From Candidatus Poribacteria bacterium (GTDB lineage: Bacteria; Poribacteria; WGA-4E; PCPOR2b), in NCBI GenBank assembly GCA_965218095.1, contig OZ244587.1, positions 4,765,203-4,829,202 on the forward strand: a stretch of 64,000 nt of DNA, read 5' to 3'. Made by a program: the position numbers and the translations under genes. Of the stretch, positions 38,857 through 49,073 are shown piece after piece. Numbering within the stretch: the stretch's first letter is position 1; each line of letters opens with the position of its first letter. The notes under the pieces are model-generated. The model was not told where the DNA came from and searched no databases. It was given only the letters and a program-made list of their open reading frames with translations.

Positions 38857-40254
38857 CTACTTCTTCCGCCTTCCAATCTTCCCTACCTTCGTCTTGCCAT
38901 CCCTCTGGGTGGTAATCATTGCGACATTGAACACCCGCCGTTCATAACTGTGTGATGGACGGTTCACAACGCCTCCAAGCCCCCAAAAAGTCGATGAACT
39001 TCCACCATCGAAGTTGATGGCGTGTTTCACCCCGAGATCGCGTAAGAAGCCAGCCATTTCATAAAATGTCATTCCTATGCTATATTCTGCCTGTCGTCCA
39101 TCCACCACAATAAGGAAAAGTCGATCGTCGTTAAACCCTAATACACTCCGTGGATGCAATTGGGCGCCATTGTTGTGGCCGGAGGCAGAGCCTCCGCTCG
39201 ATTCGTGGAATTCGACAAGCTCGGGTTCTATTTCTCCATTCCGTAAGAGACGGATATTCCCCCCGATTCCGTCAGAAACGTGCTGCCATTGAGTTGGTGA
39301 AAGTGCGAGCTCAAGTTCCCCTGTTGTGCCTTCGCTCAATGTCGATTGCCACTCTTGCGCCAGATGACGATCGAGGGAGAGTACAATGCTGTCGCGGGGA
39401 ATGCTGTTGTTGCCGCTCCTGCTGACCGTATCGATCACAAAACGGCTGCGATATTTGCCTGTGAGTGGCAATTTGAGTTGCTTGAGGACGACTTCATAAC
39501 CACTTCGTGTGAGGGTCTGCGGGCCAAATCGGGACGTATAAATCACGGCGGCACACTCGGATTCGCGGATCTGATTAATGCAATCGATTTCAAGTACTTT
39601 TCCATTGATACGGAGAACCCCATTCAACTGAACGGCATCTAGCAGGAATTCACCGTCTGTTGTCACGCCGAAACTCGTTTCACCCCAGGAGGAAGGCGGA
39701 GAGTATCCCCACCAATCGCGCCGGGGGGGTATACTAACCAGTTCCCAATCTTGAATGTGGAGATTAAAGATTATTCCTCCGCGCCTCATACCATCTTCGC
39801 GGATGCCGAAACTGCCATTGACACCAGCTAACATCGGGATATCGCGTGCTGCGAGCCGTTTTGCCATGCTACTCATTGTTTCCCGGCCCAAGATGCGGCT
39901 GTTAGCAAGTTCAACCCCAAAGCGAAGATTTTTGGCGGTGCGATCCATCTCGGCAACATAAATCGCCGATTGCCGTTTATTCCACCAATCACGGTAGATA
40001 CGCAGCCCCCCCTGCCAATCGGATTTTTTAAGGTAATCTCGCCTTTTGGACGAAGGATTGGGAGAGACGGTGGTATGCTTGCTAACAATTCTGGAGATAA
40101 CAGAGGAAGACGAGAAATCTACACTATTTCCGGGTGTAGGTTGAGGCGCTGTTGTTCGCAACGCTCCTATCGCCAGAATCAAGAATATCATCACTCCCCA
40201 AACAGTGGCTACTTTTATGAGATAAACGCGCTGATCACTGTCTTTCATCTTCAA
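38857..40254 (-). CDS. Membrane-anchored phosphodiester glycosidase family protein (NAGPA-like)
   Basis: N-terminal TM helix. C-terminal region (...HAINFDGGSSSTFW...) resembles the phosphodiester glycosidase domain. Confidence 0.55.
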   Translation of the reverse strand: MKMKDSDQRVYLIKVATVWGVMIFLILAIGALRTTAPQPTPGNSVDFSSSSVISRIVSKHTTVSPNPSSKRRDYLKKSDWQGGLRIYRDWWNKRQSAIYVAEMDRTAKNLRFGVELANSRILGRETMSSMAKRLAARDIPMLAGVNGSFGIREDGMRRGGIIFNLHIQDWELVSIPPRRDWWGYSPPSSWGETSFGVTTDGEFLLDAVQLNGVLRINGKVLEIDCINQIRESECAAVIYTSRFGPQTLTRSGYEVVLKQLKLPLTGKYRSRFVIDTVSRSGNNSIPRDSIVLSLDRHLAQEWQSTLSEGTTGELELALSPTQWQHVSDGIGGNIRLLRNGEIEPELVEFHESSGGSASGHNNGAQLHPRSVLGFNDDRLFLIVVDGRQAEYSIGMTFYEMAGFLRDLGVKHAINFDGGSSSTFWGLGGVVNRPSHSYERRVFNVAMITTQRDGKTKVGKIGRRKK

Positions 40255-40768
40255 TCTTCCTCATAGTTTACGAAAATGATTCCATACAGGGATAATTGCT
40301 TGGCTGACATCCCGTCACATTGTAGCGCAAACTTGTTCAAGGTGCAAGCACAATAGAGCTCGGAGCATTTATTTTAGTCCCCAACATCCGGTACGAGATT
40401 ATGAAGAAGCGAATCGATAAGGCGAGGATCAAGGGACGCGCAGAACGGCTGACGTAGCCGGGCAAGATCGCTATCGTCTACTCTCAAGCAAAGGAGGTTT
40501 TTGAGTGCCGAGAATATATCGACTACCTCTAGGCGTCGGGGTATTTGACTGAAGAGTTGGAGGGATGTCGACTTGGAAGAGCTCCAGGGAATTCAGGGAT
40601 TGAAGGCGCTGCGAGTCATAGTGGACGTGCGGGGAGTGGCTCAAGAACCGGTCACTGCGGCAGAAGAAGTAGAGCAAGCTGTACAGGCTATAGCACAGGT
40701 TAGTTCGCTATGAATCGTGAATAGAAATGGTAAACGTAAAGCGTAAAATGTAAGAGAAAAGGTTCTTC

Positions 40769-42388
40769 TTACGTTTTACATCCAATATGTAGATGATCGA
40801 TGAGATACTGTGCGTTGAGCGCTTCTCCGGTCGCATGGATGAGCAGCTCGTTCCAATGAATGCTGGCGCCGGGCTTGAAGACTCTTTTGCGCAGATAGTT
40901 CCCCACACGGGGTTCGTCCACATAACCCGTTGATTCAACGCTTGCTCCGTCCAGAACGTCCTGATCTATGGTATGTTGCAATTGAGAAGCAACCATTTCT
41001 CCCAAGAGGTAGTTGTGATAATAAACCGGCGCGGTTGCAATGTGGATTTTCGCCGCCCAATCGGGTTCGTTCCGATTTTCCGGGCGGGTGACGAGTTGGA
41101 AGTGTTCAACCAAATCCCACCATAGCGTATTCAAATCCTGATCCGGATCGCAGTAGAGCGCACGTTCAAAGTGGATCATCACCATCGCCCAACGCACGAA
41201 GATCAGCATCCTCAACCGGAAGGATTCGATCGTTTCCGCTGCAATCGCCTCATTTTGCGCGGGGGATAAGTGAATAATCTTGTCCAGCCACGCCGCGTTT
41301 CGAGCAAGACGCCCCATAAGCATTGCAATCGCTTCCGTCGTGATCAGGTGCGAGGGCTGTCGCAGCAAGAATGGAAGCGCCTCATCCAGATATTTATCGT
41401 AAACTGCGTGACCATATTCATGCAACAACGTTCCCATCCACCTCGCTGTCGCTCTGACGTTCGCAAGCACCCGCACATCTTGCTTCCTGTCTATATTGAT
41501 GCAGAAAGCATGCTGATCTTTCCCCGGATGTTCAAAGAGATTGCTCCTTTCAACCAGCTCTTCGATGGGCAGATTGATTCCACGATAAAAATCCTTCGTT
41601 ATGGCAACTAGAGCCTCACCCTGGAATAGCTCATCAAAGTTGATTTTGCCGACCTCCGGCACCTCTTGAAAGAAGGGATCGGCGTTATGCCATGGGCGCA
41701 GTTCATCCACTGTGACCCCGAAGCGATTAGCCAGTTCTTGATCCAATTTCCCCTTCACCTGTCGGAAGGGTGCATCTGTCAATGTCTCCAACCGACTCAC
41801 GGTGTCGAAAAGCTGATCCGGATCGACTTCGCTGAGAGTCAGAGACATCTGATAATAGTCAGCAAAGCCGACAGTACGTGCAGCTTTATTGCGCCGATGG
41901 GCTAAAGCGATTATATCTGCTGCGACTTTACGTCCGATCTGTTTGCTTCCTTCCCACACCTTCTGTCGCCTGACATTGTCGCCCTCTGTCTTCATCACCT
42001 CAACGATTTCGTTATCGGTCATTTCTGTTCCATCGACAACGGTGCGATGGGCATGGAAAACCTGCTCAATTGCCGTCTGGCGCTTGACCAGCTCTTCGAT
42101 CATTTCCCGCGGAAGTTGGTGCGAGGTAAACTCTAAAATGAGTAAATGCAATTGCCGTGTAAGCTGCGGCTCTTCAATTGCGTTTGAGGCTTGAAAATCT
42201 CTCAATTGTTGGAAGTGGTCCCGATCTGAGAAAATAAGACGATATTGCGTTTCTAATTCGGCGACCAACTGCGTTGCTTCATCGGAGCCTGTTAGGCTTG
42301 CCTCCCAATAACTTGCGTTCAACTGTCTCTCAAGCGGTTGAATCTGTGTGACCAATTGATCAATAAATGTTTGTAACTGCGATTCCAT
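40769..42388 (-). CDS. M3-family oligoendopeptidase (PepF-like)
   Basis: HEYGH zinc motif. 539 aa. Confidence 0.8.
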   Translation of the reverse strand: MESQLQTFIDQLVTQIQPLERQLNASYWEASLTGSDEATQLVAELETQYRLIFSDRDHFQQLRDFQASNAIEEPQLTRQLHLLILEFTSHQLPREMIEELVKRQTAIEQVFHAHRTVVDGTEMTDNEIVEVMKTEGDNVRRQKVWEGSKQIGRKVAADIIALAHRRNKAARTVGFADYYQMSLTLSEVDPDQLFDTVSRLETLTDAPFRQVKGKLDQELANRFGVTVDELRPWHNADPFFQEVPEVGKINFDELFQGEALVAITKDFYRGINLPIEELVERSNLFEHPGKDQHAFCINIDRKQDVRVLANVRATARWMGTLLHEYGHAVYDKYLDEALPFLLRQPSHLITTEAIAMLMGRLARNAAWLDKIIHLSPAQNEAIAAETIESFRLRMLIFVRWAMVMIHFERALYCDPDQDLNTLWWDLVEHFQLVTRPENRNEPDWAAKIHIATAPVYYHNYLLGEMVASQLQHTIDQDVLDGASVESTGYVDEPRVGNYLRKRVFKPGASIHWNELLIHATGEALNAQYLIDHLHIGCKT

Positions 42389-42704
42389 TTTATGTTCCTC
42401 GTTGGTAACCGCTCAGATGATCGGGCAAACTGACAGTTTGTGTTACAAGCATCTGCTAGATTGCGTTTATTTCCGATTCTTCTCCGTTTACCACCTGAAT
42501 GGTTACTCTCGTTGATGAATTCGGGGCTGGGTTAGGTTATCATAGGCAGCATGAATTGTCAAACTGAAAAAGGGATTGCCCACGCATAAAAATTGGATCG
42601 ATTCTATGGGGAATTTCTAGGATCGCAATTTTCTCCTTGATCTTCAGCGCAAGTTAGAATATAATCTCCCTATTGTACCAATATGGCTGTACTATCATTA
42701 GAAA

Positions 42705-43589
42705 ATGGATCATCACGTTTCACGAAAGGAGTTTGCCATGGATCTGACGAAACAACCCCCACGCAGTCCATACTGCACAGCGGTTCTTGGTCTGATGGGT
42801 GCGGCGCGAGCCGCGGATAAAGCGCGCGCCGAGCTCAACAACACGATTGGTGAATATCAATTTGGTCGGGATTCAGGGCTGGACAGACGCACGTTGGAAT
42901 TTCTGGGGCTCTCGCCTGAAGAATTCTTCGATGCAGTTAAAGCCTACCCAGATAATCAATCGTTGAGCGCCGGTCTGAAGGAGAAAACAGGTAAGACCAT
43001 CGAAGAAATTAAAGCGTACAACGAAGCCCAGCGAAATCGCACGCCTCCGGATGAGCAGTCACGTCAACGCTTTGAGCAGCGGAGACAGAATATCGGACGC
43101 CTAGACATCAAGATGATGTCTGACATGCTCGATGCAGAAGATGTGCATGAGTTTGGACCGCCGACAGAGCTCACTGCAGGCCCTCCACGAAGTCCTCACT
43201 CCGGTTCATTGTTGGGGATCGCGTGTTTGGCGCGAATGGCAGACAAAGCGAGGGCGAAACTGGCGGGAACGATCGGTGAGTACAAGTACGGAGAGGATTC
43301 CGGGCTTGATGAAGGCACGTTGGAATTTATCGGATTGACTGCCAATGAATTTCTCGAAGGCGTCCGTCAAAGTCCTGATGACGCTGCACTTGCCAGTTGG
43401 CTGCTTGAGCGTGTCCAGAAGACCGATGCAGAGATCGCGGACTGGAACGCGCAGCGACGTGCGCGAGGCCCATGGAATGACGAGATACAGAAGATATTTG
43501 ATCAACGGGCAAACGCCGCCGGGCGTCCCGATCTCACGACGTTCCTCAATTTGCTCGATTGTGAGGATGCACACGATTTTCCAAGATAA
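42705..43589 (+). CDS. Protein with two tandem DUF5069-like repeats
   Basis: Two homologous halves (…PRSPY…GEYQFGRDSGLD…TLEFLGL… and …PRSPHSG…GEYKYGEDSGLDEGTLEFIGL…). Confidence 0.5.
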   Translation: MDHHVSRKEFAMDLTKQPPRSPYCTAVLGLMGAARAADKARAELNNTIGEYQFGRDSGLDRRTLEFLGLSPEEFFDAVKAYPDNQSLSAGLKEKTGKTIEEIKAYNEAQRNRTPPDEQSRQRFEQRRQNIGRLDIKMMSDMLDAEDVHEFGPPTELTAGPPRSPHSGSLLGIACLARMADKARAKLAGTIGEYKYGEDSGLDEGTLEFIGLTANEFLEGVRQSPDDAALASWLLERVQKTDAEIADWNAQRRARGPWNDEIQKIFDQRANAAGRPDLTTFLNLLDCEDAHDFPR

Positions 43590-43678
43590 ATGTTATAAAT
43601 TCTCAACATCATTCTAGGTTCGATGAAGCGGTGCGTGTCATTGAGACGTGAAAATCAGCGGACGATAGGCACGAAAGC

Positions 43679-44233
43679 ATGAAAAACTACAGCGTCAAAA
43701 TGATCCGCGAACATATAGATAACATCCCCAACATCTCCGTCCCAGAAGGGTTCTCCATCAGAAACTACCGTCCCGGCGAGGGACACATCTGGACACGTAT
43801 CCAGAGAGCCGCCGAGCCGTTTCTTGAGATCGAAGATGACCTGTTTGATCGGGAGTTCGGTCACAATCTGAAAGCGATGGAAGATCGGAGTTTCTTCCTC
43901 GTCGCGGACGAAGGAAAAGAGATCGGGGCAATCACCGCATGGTGGAATCCAGACTGGAAAGACGGGGAATGGGGGCAGATCCACTGGGTCGCAGTACACC
44001 CCGACTATCAGGGGCGTGGACTATCCAAACCGATGATGTCGGTTGCGATGAAACGCCTCAAGCAATTTCATGACCGCTGCTTCCTCGGCACATCAACGAG
44101 ACGGATTGTGGCAATCAAGGTCTATCTGGATTTTGGGTTTTACCCCGACCTCGAATCCGAAAATAGCCGTGAAGCGTGGGTGGAGGTCGCGTCGGTCTTA
44201 GAACACCCGATCTTAAAGGCGTGCGGGTTTTAA
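43679..44233 (+). CDS. GNAT-family N-acetyltransferase
   Basis: Acetyl-CoA-binding motif QIHWVAVHPDYQGRGLSKPMM. Confidence 0.7.
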   Translation: MKNYSVKMIREHIDNIPNISVPEGFSIRNYRPGEGHIWTRIQRAAEPFLEIEDDLFDREFGHNLKAMEDRSFFLVADEGKEIGAITAWWNPDWKDGEWGQIHWVAVHPDYQGRGLSKPMMSVAMKRLKQFHDRCFLGTSTRRIVAIKVYLDFGFYPDLESENSREAWVEVASVLEHPILKACGF

Positions 44234-44331
44234 ATCTGCGATAAATTACGTTTTACGCATCATACATATCACATTTCGTGTATGTATGTCGCATTCATTG
44301 CAAAACAACATCGTTTTAGACAGAGGAAATC

Positions 44332-44700
44332 ATGCAACGCCTTTTCTTCGCACTCGGTTCTAGTTGTGCCTTGTTAGCTGTGATAACAGGCGCATTCGGC
44401 GCGCATGCCCTTAAAACGAAACTCTCATCCGATATGCTGGCAACCTTTGAGATTGCTGTGCGCTATCAGATGTATCATGCGTTGGGATTGATCGCTGTGG
44501 CCTGGGCTTCATCACAATGGAGTAGCCAACTTATCTCCGCGGCCGGCTGGTTATTCGTGGTTGGTATCGTTATCTTTTCAGGGAGTCTCTATATTCTGGC
44601 CTTGAGCGGAATTCGCTGGCTTGGAGCGATGACGCCGCTCGGTGGGCTCGCCTTTATCGTTGGCTGGCTGTGTCTTCTGTGGGCTGTAATACGAAACTGA
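44332..44700 (+). CDS. DUF423-family small membrane protein
   Basis: Four predicted TM helices. 122 aa. Confidence 0.55.
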   Translation: MQRLFFALGSSCALLAVITGAFGAHALKTKLSSDMLATFEIAVRYQMYHALGLIAVAWASSQWSSQLISAAGWLFVVGIVIFSGSLYILALSGIRWLGAMTPLGGLAFIVGWLCLLWAVIRN

Positions 44701-44765
44701 GAACACGAGACAATCTGTATCAACCCGGAGGATCTTGACCTGCGAGGGAATGGGATGGTGTACTA

Positions 44766-44920
44766 TAACGCAAGTTGCTAGTTGATAAAGCAAGCGTCAG
44801 AAACCGAGTTTTTTATAGATAAGGAACACGATTTAGGGAAAAATACAACTGATTTTCCCTAAATCAGACAATCTGAAAGTGAAAAACTCGGTTTCTCTAT
44901 GATACTAGCAACTCAGGTTA
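44766..44920. mobile_element. MITE-like palindromic element, copy B (inverted relative to copy A)
   Basis: Reverse complement identical to 35083-35238. Confidence 0.75.
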
Positions 44921-45112
44921 CTATACTAAACCTTTGAGAAACCGCATTGTAGCTTGGAATTAACGTCGCAAGAGTGTATGAATTCAAGAGTGCATGGGTT
45001 CATTGAACGCTTGAACTCAAATCCCGAGTCCTCGATACGCCAAATGGAATAGATCTTCTTTGAGAGCTATCCACTTAACAAATATAAGTACCTGCCGCCA
45101 AAAACTTGCTTC

Positions 45113-46030
45113 ATGTTCCTACCCATGAATCTATTTCTCCAAATCGCTCACGGTGTCATCGGGGCGGTCATCATATCCCTCTTTTTCAGCCTCAGATCTA
45201 GTTTCGGTGAAGCGCGACATACCCTCAGCATCATCGGAGCCATCGCGATTATTATTGCAAGTGGCTACATCCTGCGGACACGGCTCATCCGGTGGGGAAG
45301 TCGGCAAATCTGGTTGAAATACCATCAAAGGCTCGCATCTTTCGGATTGAGCCTTGTCTTTATCCACTCCGCCTTTCGCCCCTTCTCATGGCATTCGTGG
45401 CTGACATTCGCTCTCGCGCTGCTCAACCTTGGGACAGGCATTGCCGTGAGTCTCACTACACGGCGCACACGACGTGTCCTGCTCCGCTGTCATCTCGCCC
45501 TCGCGCCAATTTTGCTAATTGGCATCGTCGTACACGGCAGGGAAAAATTAGATCACGATGAATTCTTTCCCTTGACAGAAGAACACGATATTCCGTGTGT
45601 AAGGTGTCACACATCAGATCGGCTGCTGTTTACCATCAATTCGCGCTTTCAAAGTGATTTAGACGGTGAGGGCAATGCCTCGGATGACTTACAGTGGGAG
45701 TTTGGCCTTCAGGCGACTTCACTTTCTCAGCATGCAGCGATTTCGACGAAAAAGGGAGATGGCGGTTGGCTGATAACCGATGAGCCGAACCACCAGAAAT
45801 ACATGGTCAGGAAAGTGGCAGATCGGCTGCACGTTTATGCCAATTCTCCATACAAGGGTTACACCTGTCTCACCTGTCATGTTCACAACACCCCTGAGAT
45901 TCAGTTTGCTCATGAGGCTCACGGTGTGACTTCCTATAACGCATGCTTCAACTGCCATCAAACGGTCATTGGTGGAGAAAAATATGGCAGACGAAAAGCG
46001 AACTGGGACTATAATCCAGTTAGGAAATGA
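45113..46030 (+). CDS. Membrane-anchored triheme c-type cytochrome
   Basis: N-terminal 150 aa contains about 4 TM helices. Three CxxCH motifs (CVRCH, CLTCH, CFNCH). Confidence 0.65.
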   Translation: MFLPMNLFLQIAHGVIGAVIISLFFSLRSSFGEARHTLSIIGAIAIIIASGYILRTRLIRWGSRQIWLKYHQRLASFGLSLVFIHSAFRPFSWHSWLTFALALLNLGTGIAVSLTTRRTRRVLLRCHLALAPILLIGIVVHGREKLDHDEFFPLTEEHDIPCVRCHTSDRLLFTINSRFQSDLDGEGNASDDLQWEFGLQATSLSQHAAISTKKGDGGWLITDEPNHQKYMVRKVADRLHVYANSPYKGYTCLTCHVHNTPEIQFAHEAHGVTSYNACFNCHQTVIGGEKYGRRKANWDYNPVRK

Positions 46031-46244
46031 ACAAATCAACAGCAAAAGTAGCTCACGTAGATCGTCCAATCTTGGGTCCTGGAGTGCAAAAGCTCCGTCC
46101 CGCTACGCGGGATCTTGCTTCACTAGAGACTTGTAGCGAAAACAGAGTTTTCGCACGCCGGTTGAAATTTTCCTTGACACCGAAACTTCACTTATGATAC
46201 CCTTTGCGCACTCTCAAACGATAGACAGAAACTTAAAAGGCGCC

Positions 46245-46346
46245 ATGCAAACTCTGAATCGACGACCACAACTTCAAATTGTATCTCATCGTTGGCATTG
46301 GTGGTGGTATGCTGTTCAGGGTGGGAGTGTGCCTTTGCTGAGATAG
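46245..46346 (+). CDS. trpL: trp leader peptide (33 aa) with tandem Trp codons, W-H-W-W-W
   Basis: atg...cgt tgg cat tgg tgg tgg tat...tag, read directly. A terminator lies 30 nt downstream. The trp genes follow. Confidence 0.6.
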   Translation: MQTLNRRPQLQIVSHRWHWWWYAVQGGSVPLLR

Positions 46347-46377
46347 ATTTTTGGATTCATATTTTAGATAAATCAAA

Positions 46378-46425
46378 GCTGTAGGCATACGAACCCCGTT
46401 GTCTACGGCTTTTTTTGTGCCTATT
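46378..46425 (+). terminator. Attenuator terminator hairpin followed by a T-run
   Basis: GCTGTAG-gcatacgaaccccgttgt-CTACGGC then TTTTTTTG, immediately upstream of the hisI RBS. Confidence 0.55.
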
Positions 46426-46446
46426 TTCTGCTAGCGAGGAGGAAAA

Positions 46447-46830
46447 ATGGAAATTCTAAATCAACTCAAACCCGATCAGAATGGTTTAATTCCTGCGATC
46501 ATACAAGACGACGAAAACAACGAAGTCCTCATGGTTGGCTATATGAACCGCGAGGCGGTGCAGCGGACGTTAGAATTGGGGCGTGTCTGCTTCTGGAGCC
46601 GTTCTCGCCAAGAATACTGGATCAAGGGGGAGACTTCAGGACACACGCAAACCGTACGAACTGTCGCCTTTGATTGTGATGGTGATGCGCTGCTGATCAA
46701 AGTTGAACAGAAAGGCGGGGCGTGCCACACCGGCTATCGCTCCTGTTTCTTTCGGGAGGTCTCCCCCGACGGTAACTCTACGCGCATTGTTGGCAAGAAG
46801 GTTTTTGATCCGGATACAGTGTACTCGTAG
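46447..46830 (+). CDS. hisI: Phosphoribosyl-AMP cyclohydrolase
   Basis: LIPAIIQD...YMNREA...[19 protein letters not shown]...DCDGDALL...[10 protein letters not shown]. Confidence 0.8.
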   Translation: MEILNQLKPDQNGLIPAIIQDDENNEVLMVGYMNREAVQRTLELGRVCFWSRSRQEYWIKGETSGHTQTVRTVAFDCDGDALLIKVEQKGGACHTGYRSCFFREVSPDGNSTRIVGKKVFDPDTVYS

Positions 46831-46839
46831 GAGACTCCC

Positions 46840-48354
46840 ATGTATTACCCAAGCTTAGAAGATTTTCGAGAAAAAGCGCAACACGGAAACTTGATTCCCG
46901 TTTACAAACCGATTCTGGCGGATATGGAAACGCCTGTGTCCGCATTTTACAAGATTGAAGTGAGTGATTACGCATTTCTGTTGGAGAGCGTCGAAGGCGG
47001 TGAAAACCTTGCTCGATATTCATTCCTTGGCAGCGGTCCGTCGACTTTATTTCGGAGCAGAGGAAATCTGGTCCGGATTGATGACCTGCGTACCGGGCAA
47101 ACCGTCGAACTGGAAAGCGAAGACCCATTGGAAGCACTTGAAAAATTGATGGCTCGCTACCAGCCCGTTGATGTTGAGGGATTGCCACGGTTTCATGGTG
47201 GGGCTGTCGGCTACCTGAACTACGACATGGTGCGTTTCGTTGAGGAACTGCCCGACGATACCGAAGACGATCGAGAACTATCCGATTGCTTTTTCATGGT
47301 CACCGACACGCTCCTGGTGTTTGACCATGTGAACCATCAGATCAAGGTTGTCGCCAACGCCCACATCAACGGCGACGTTGACGACGCTTACGCACAGGCA
47401 ATCGATCAGATTGACGGGCTCATCGCCAAACTCAAACAGCCGTTGTCCTCCCCTTTCCCCGCAAGTGGGGGGGGGGAGAAGGGGGGAGTCAAAAAGCCGG
47501 CTAGACACCCAAGCGATGTGCCTGTCACTTCAAACTTTACGAAGGAAGATTACAAGCAGGTTGTCCTTCGGGCAAAGAAATATATCGCCGCGGGGGACAT
47601 CATTCAGGTCGTGCCATCACAGCGTTTCACCGTGCCGATATCGGTCGATACATTCGAGGCTTATCGTGCTTTACGCACAGTGAACCCATCGCCTTATATG
47701 TACTACCTCAAGTTCGATGAACTCCAGATTGCTGGCGCTTCACCTGAGATGATGGTGCGCGTTGAGGACGGTGTTGCGGAGATGCGCCCAATCGCAGGCA
47801 CCTGTCCACGTGGGAACATGCCCGACGAAGATGCCGCCCTTGCAGAAGAGTTGCTCGCGGATCCGAAGGAGCGGGCCGAACACGTCATGCTCGTTGACCT
47901 CGGGCGAAACGACCTGGGGCGCGTTTGCGAATACCATACTGTTCGCGTGAGTGAGATGATGCTGATCGAACGTTACTCGCATGTGATGCACATTGTTTCG
48001 CACGTTGTCGGAGAATTGCGCGAGGGGAAGACCTCCTTCGATGTGATTCGCGCCTGCTTGCCCGCCGGGACGCTATCCGGCGCCCCAAAGATCCGGGCGA
48101 TGGAAATTATCGACGAACTTGAGCCGACGCGGCGGGGACCTTACGGCGGCGCCGTCGGCTACTTCAGCTTCTCCGGTAGCGCAGATACAGCGATCACGAT
48201 TCGCACGCTCGTCGTCAAAGACGGTGTTGCCTACGTCCAAGCGGGCGGTGGCATCGTCGCAGACTCTGTACCCGAAACGGAATATGAGGAAACGCTCAAC
48301 AAGGCGCGGGCGGTGTTAAAAGCAATTGAATTAGCTGAGACTGGATTGGAGTAG
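46840..48354 (+). CDS. trpE: Anthranilate synthase component I
   Basis: Chorismate-binding core (LVDLGRNDLGRV..., GAVGY...). 504 aa. Confidence 0.9.
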   Translation: MYYPSLEDFREKAQHGNLIPVYKPILADMETPVSAFYKIEVSDYAFLLESVEGGENLARYSFLGSGPSTLFRSRGNLVRIDDLRTGQTVELESEDPLEALEKLMARYQPVDVEGLPRFHGGAVGYLNYDMVRFVEELPDDTEDDRELSDCFFMVTDTLLVFDHVNHQIKVVANAHINGDVDDAYAQAIDQIDGLIAKLKQPLSSPFPASGGGEKGGVKKPARHPSDVPVTSNFTKEDYKQVVLRAKKYIAAGDIIQVVPSQRFTVPISVDTFEAYRALRTVNPSPYMYYLKFDELQIAGASPEMMVRVEDGVAEMRPIAGTCPRGNMPDEDAALAEELLADPKERAEHVMLVDLGRNDLGRVCEYHTVRVSEMMLIERYSHVMHIVSHVVGELREGKTSFDVIRACLPAGTLSGAPKIRAMEIIDELEPTRRGPYGGAVGYFSFSGSADTAITIRTLVVKDGVAYVQAGGGIVADSVPETEYEETLNKARAVLKAIELAETGLE

Positions 48355-48375
48355 ATCGGCGACAGGAGGCAAATC

Positions 48376-49062
48376 ATGAGTGTCACACTCGACCAAGTCA
48401 TTCCTTGGGGAAGAGCCCTCCAAGAGTACACGCGGATGTTCAAGCTCTCCGACGAGGAACTGAACTTACGGATCCTCGGCGTCGGTGATGGGCCTGCCAG
48501 TTTTAATAGCGAGATGAAGGCCCTGGGGCATACGGTTCTATCAATTGATCCGATCTATTCGTTTTCAGGAGCGCAGATCGAACGGAGAATTGAAGAGAGC
48601 TACGATACCGTCATCTCTCAAGTGAAACAGAAGCCTGACAACTTCGTCTGGGATTTTTTTTCAGATCCAGCGCATTGTGGTCGCTTCCGTCTTGAGACCA
48701 TGAGGAAATTTTTAGCGGATTTTGAGATGGGAAAGGTTCAAGATCGTTATCTTCCTGAGTTTCTACCTACACTCAATTTCGCCGATGACCAGTTCGATTT
48801 AGCACTCTGCTCGCATCTGCTCTTTTTATATTCAGTTCAGCTATCTTTCGATTTTCATCGAGATTCTATACAAGAACTCTGTCGCATTTCTCAAGAGGTA
48901 CGGATTTTCCCGCTGCTAGCGTTGAATTGCAAGAAGTCGCCCTACGTTGCACCGATTCAATCACACTTTTCGGCAGCGGGATTTACGGTTGATATTTGTC
49001 GCGTGCCTTATGAATTCCAGAAAGGCGGAAACGAGATAATGAGAATCTACAGAAATGGTTAG
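48376..49062 (+). CDS. Class I SAM-dependent methyltransferase-like protein inserted between trpE and trpG
   Basis: Motif I-like [11 protein letters not shown]. Lower GC than its neighbours. Confidence 0.5.
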   Translation: MSVTLDQVIPWGRALQEYTRMFKLSDEELNLRILGVGDGPASFNSEMKALGHTVLSIDPIYSFSGAQIERRIEESYDTVISQVKQKPDNFVWDFFSDPAHCGRFRLETMRKFLADFEMGKVQDRYLPEFLPTLNFADDQFDLALCSHLLFLYSVQLSFDFHRDSIQELCRISQEVRIFPLLALNCKKSPYVAPIQSHFSAAGFTVDICRVPYEFQKGGNEIMRIYRNG

Positions 49063-49073
49063 GAGAAGAACCA

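Noticed and set aside
35083-44920. Composite transposon formed by the two inverted 155-bp elements
   Set aside because: No transposase, integrase or recombinase gene lies between or beside the copies. The interior genes are ordinary metabolic genes of host-like composition. It is treated as two MITE-like insertions; an inversion substrate is possible but not a demonstrated transposon.
46161-46198. Sigma70 promoter TTGACA...TATGAT upstream of the trp leader
   Set aside because: The hexamers are good, but the spacer is only 12-13 nt, too short for a functional sigma70 promoter. An alternative pairing (TTGAAA at 46162) gives a 25-nt spacer. The promoter for the leader is therefore not assigned.
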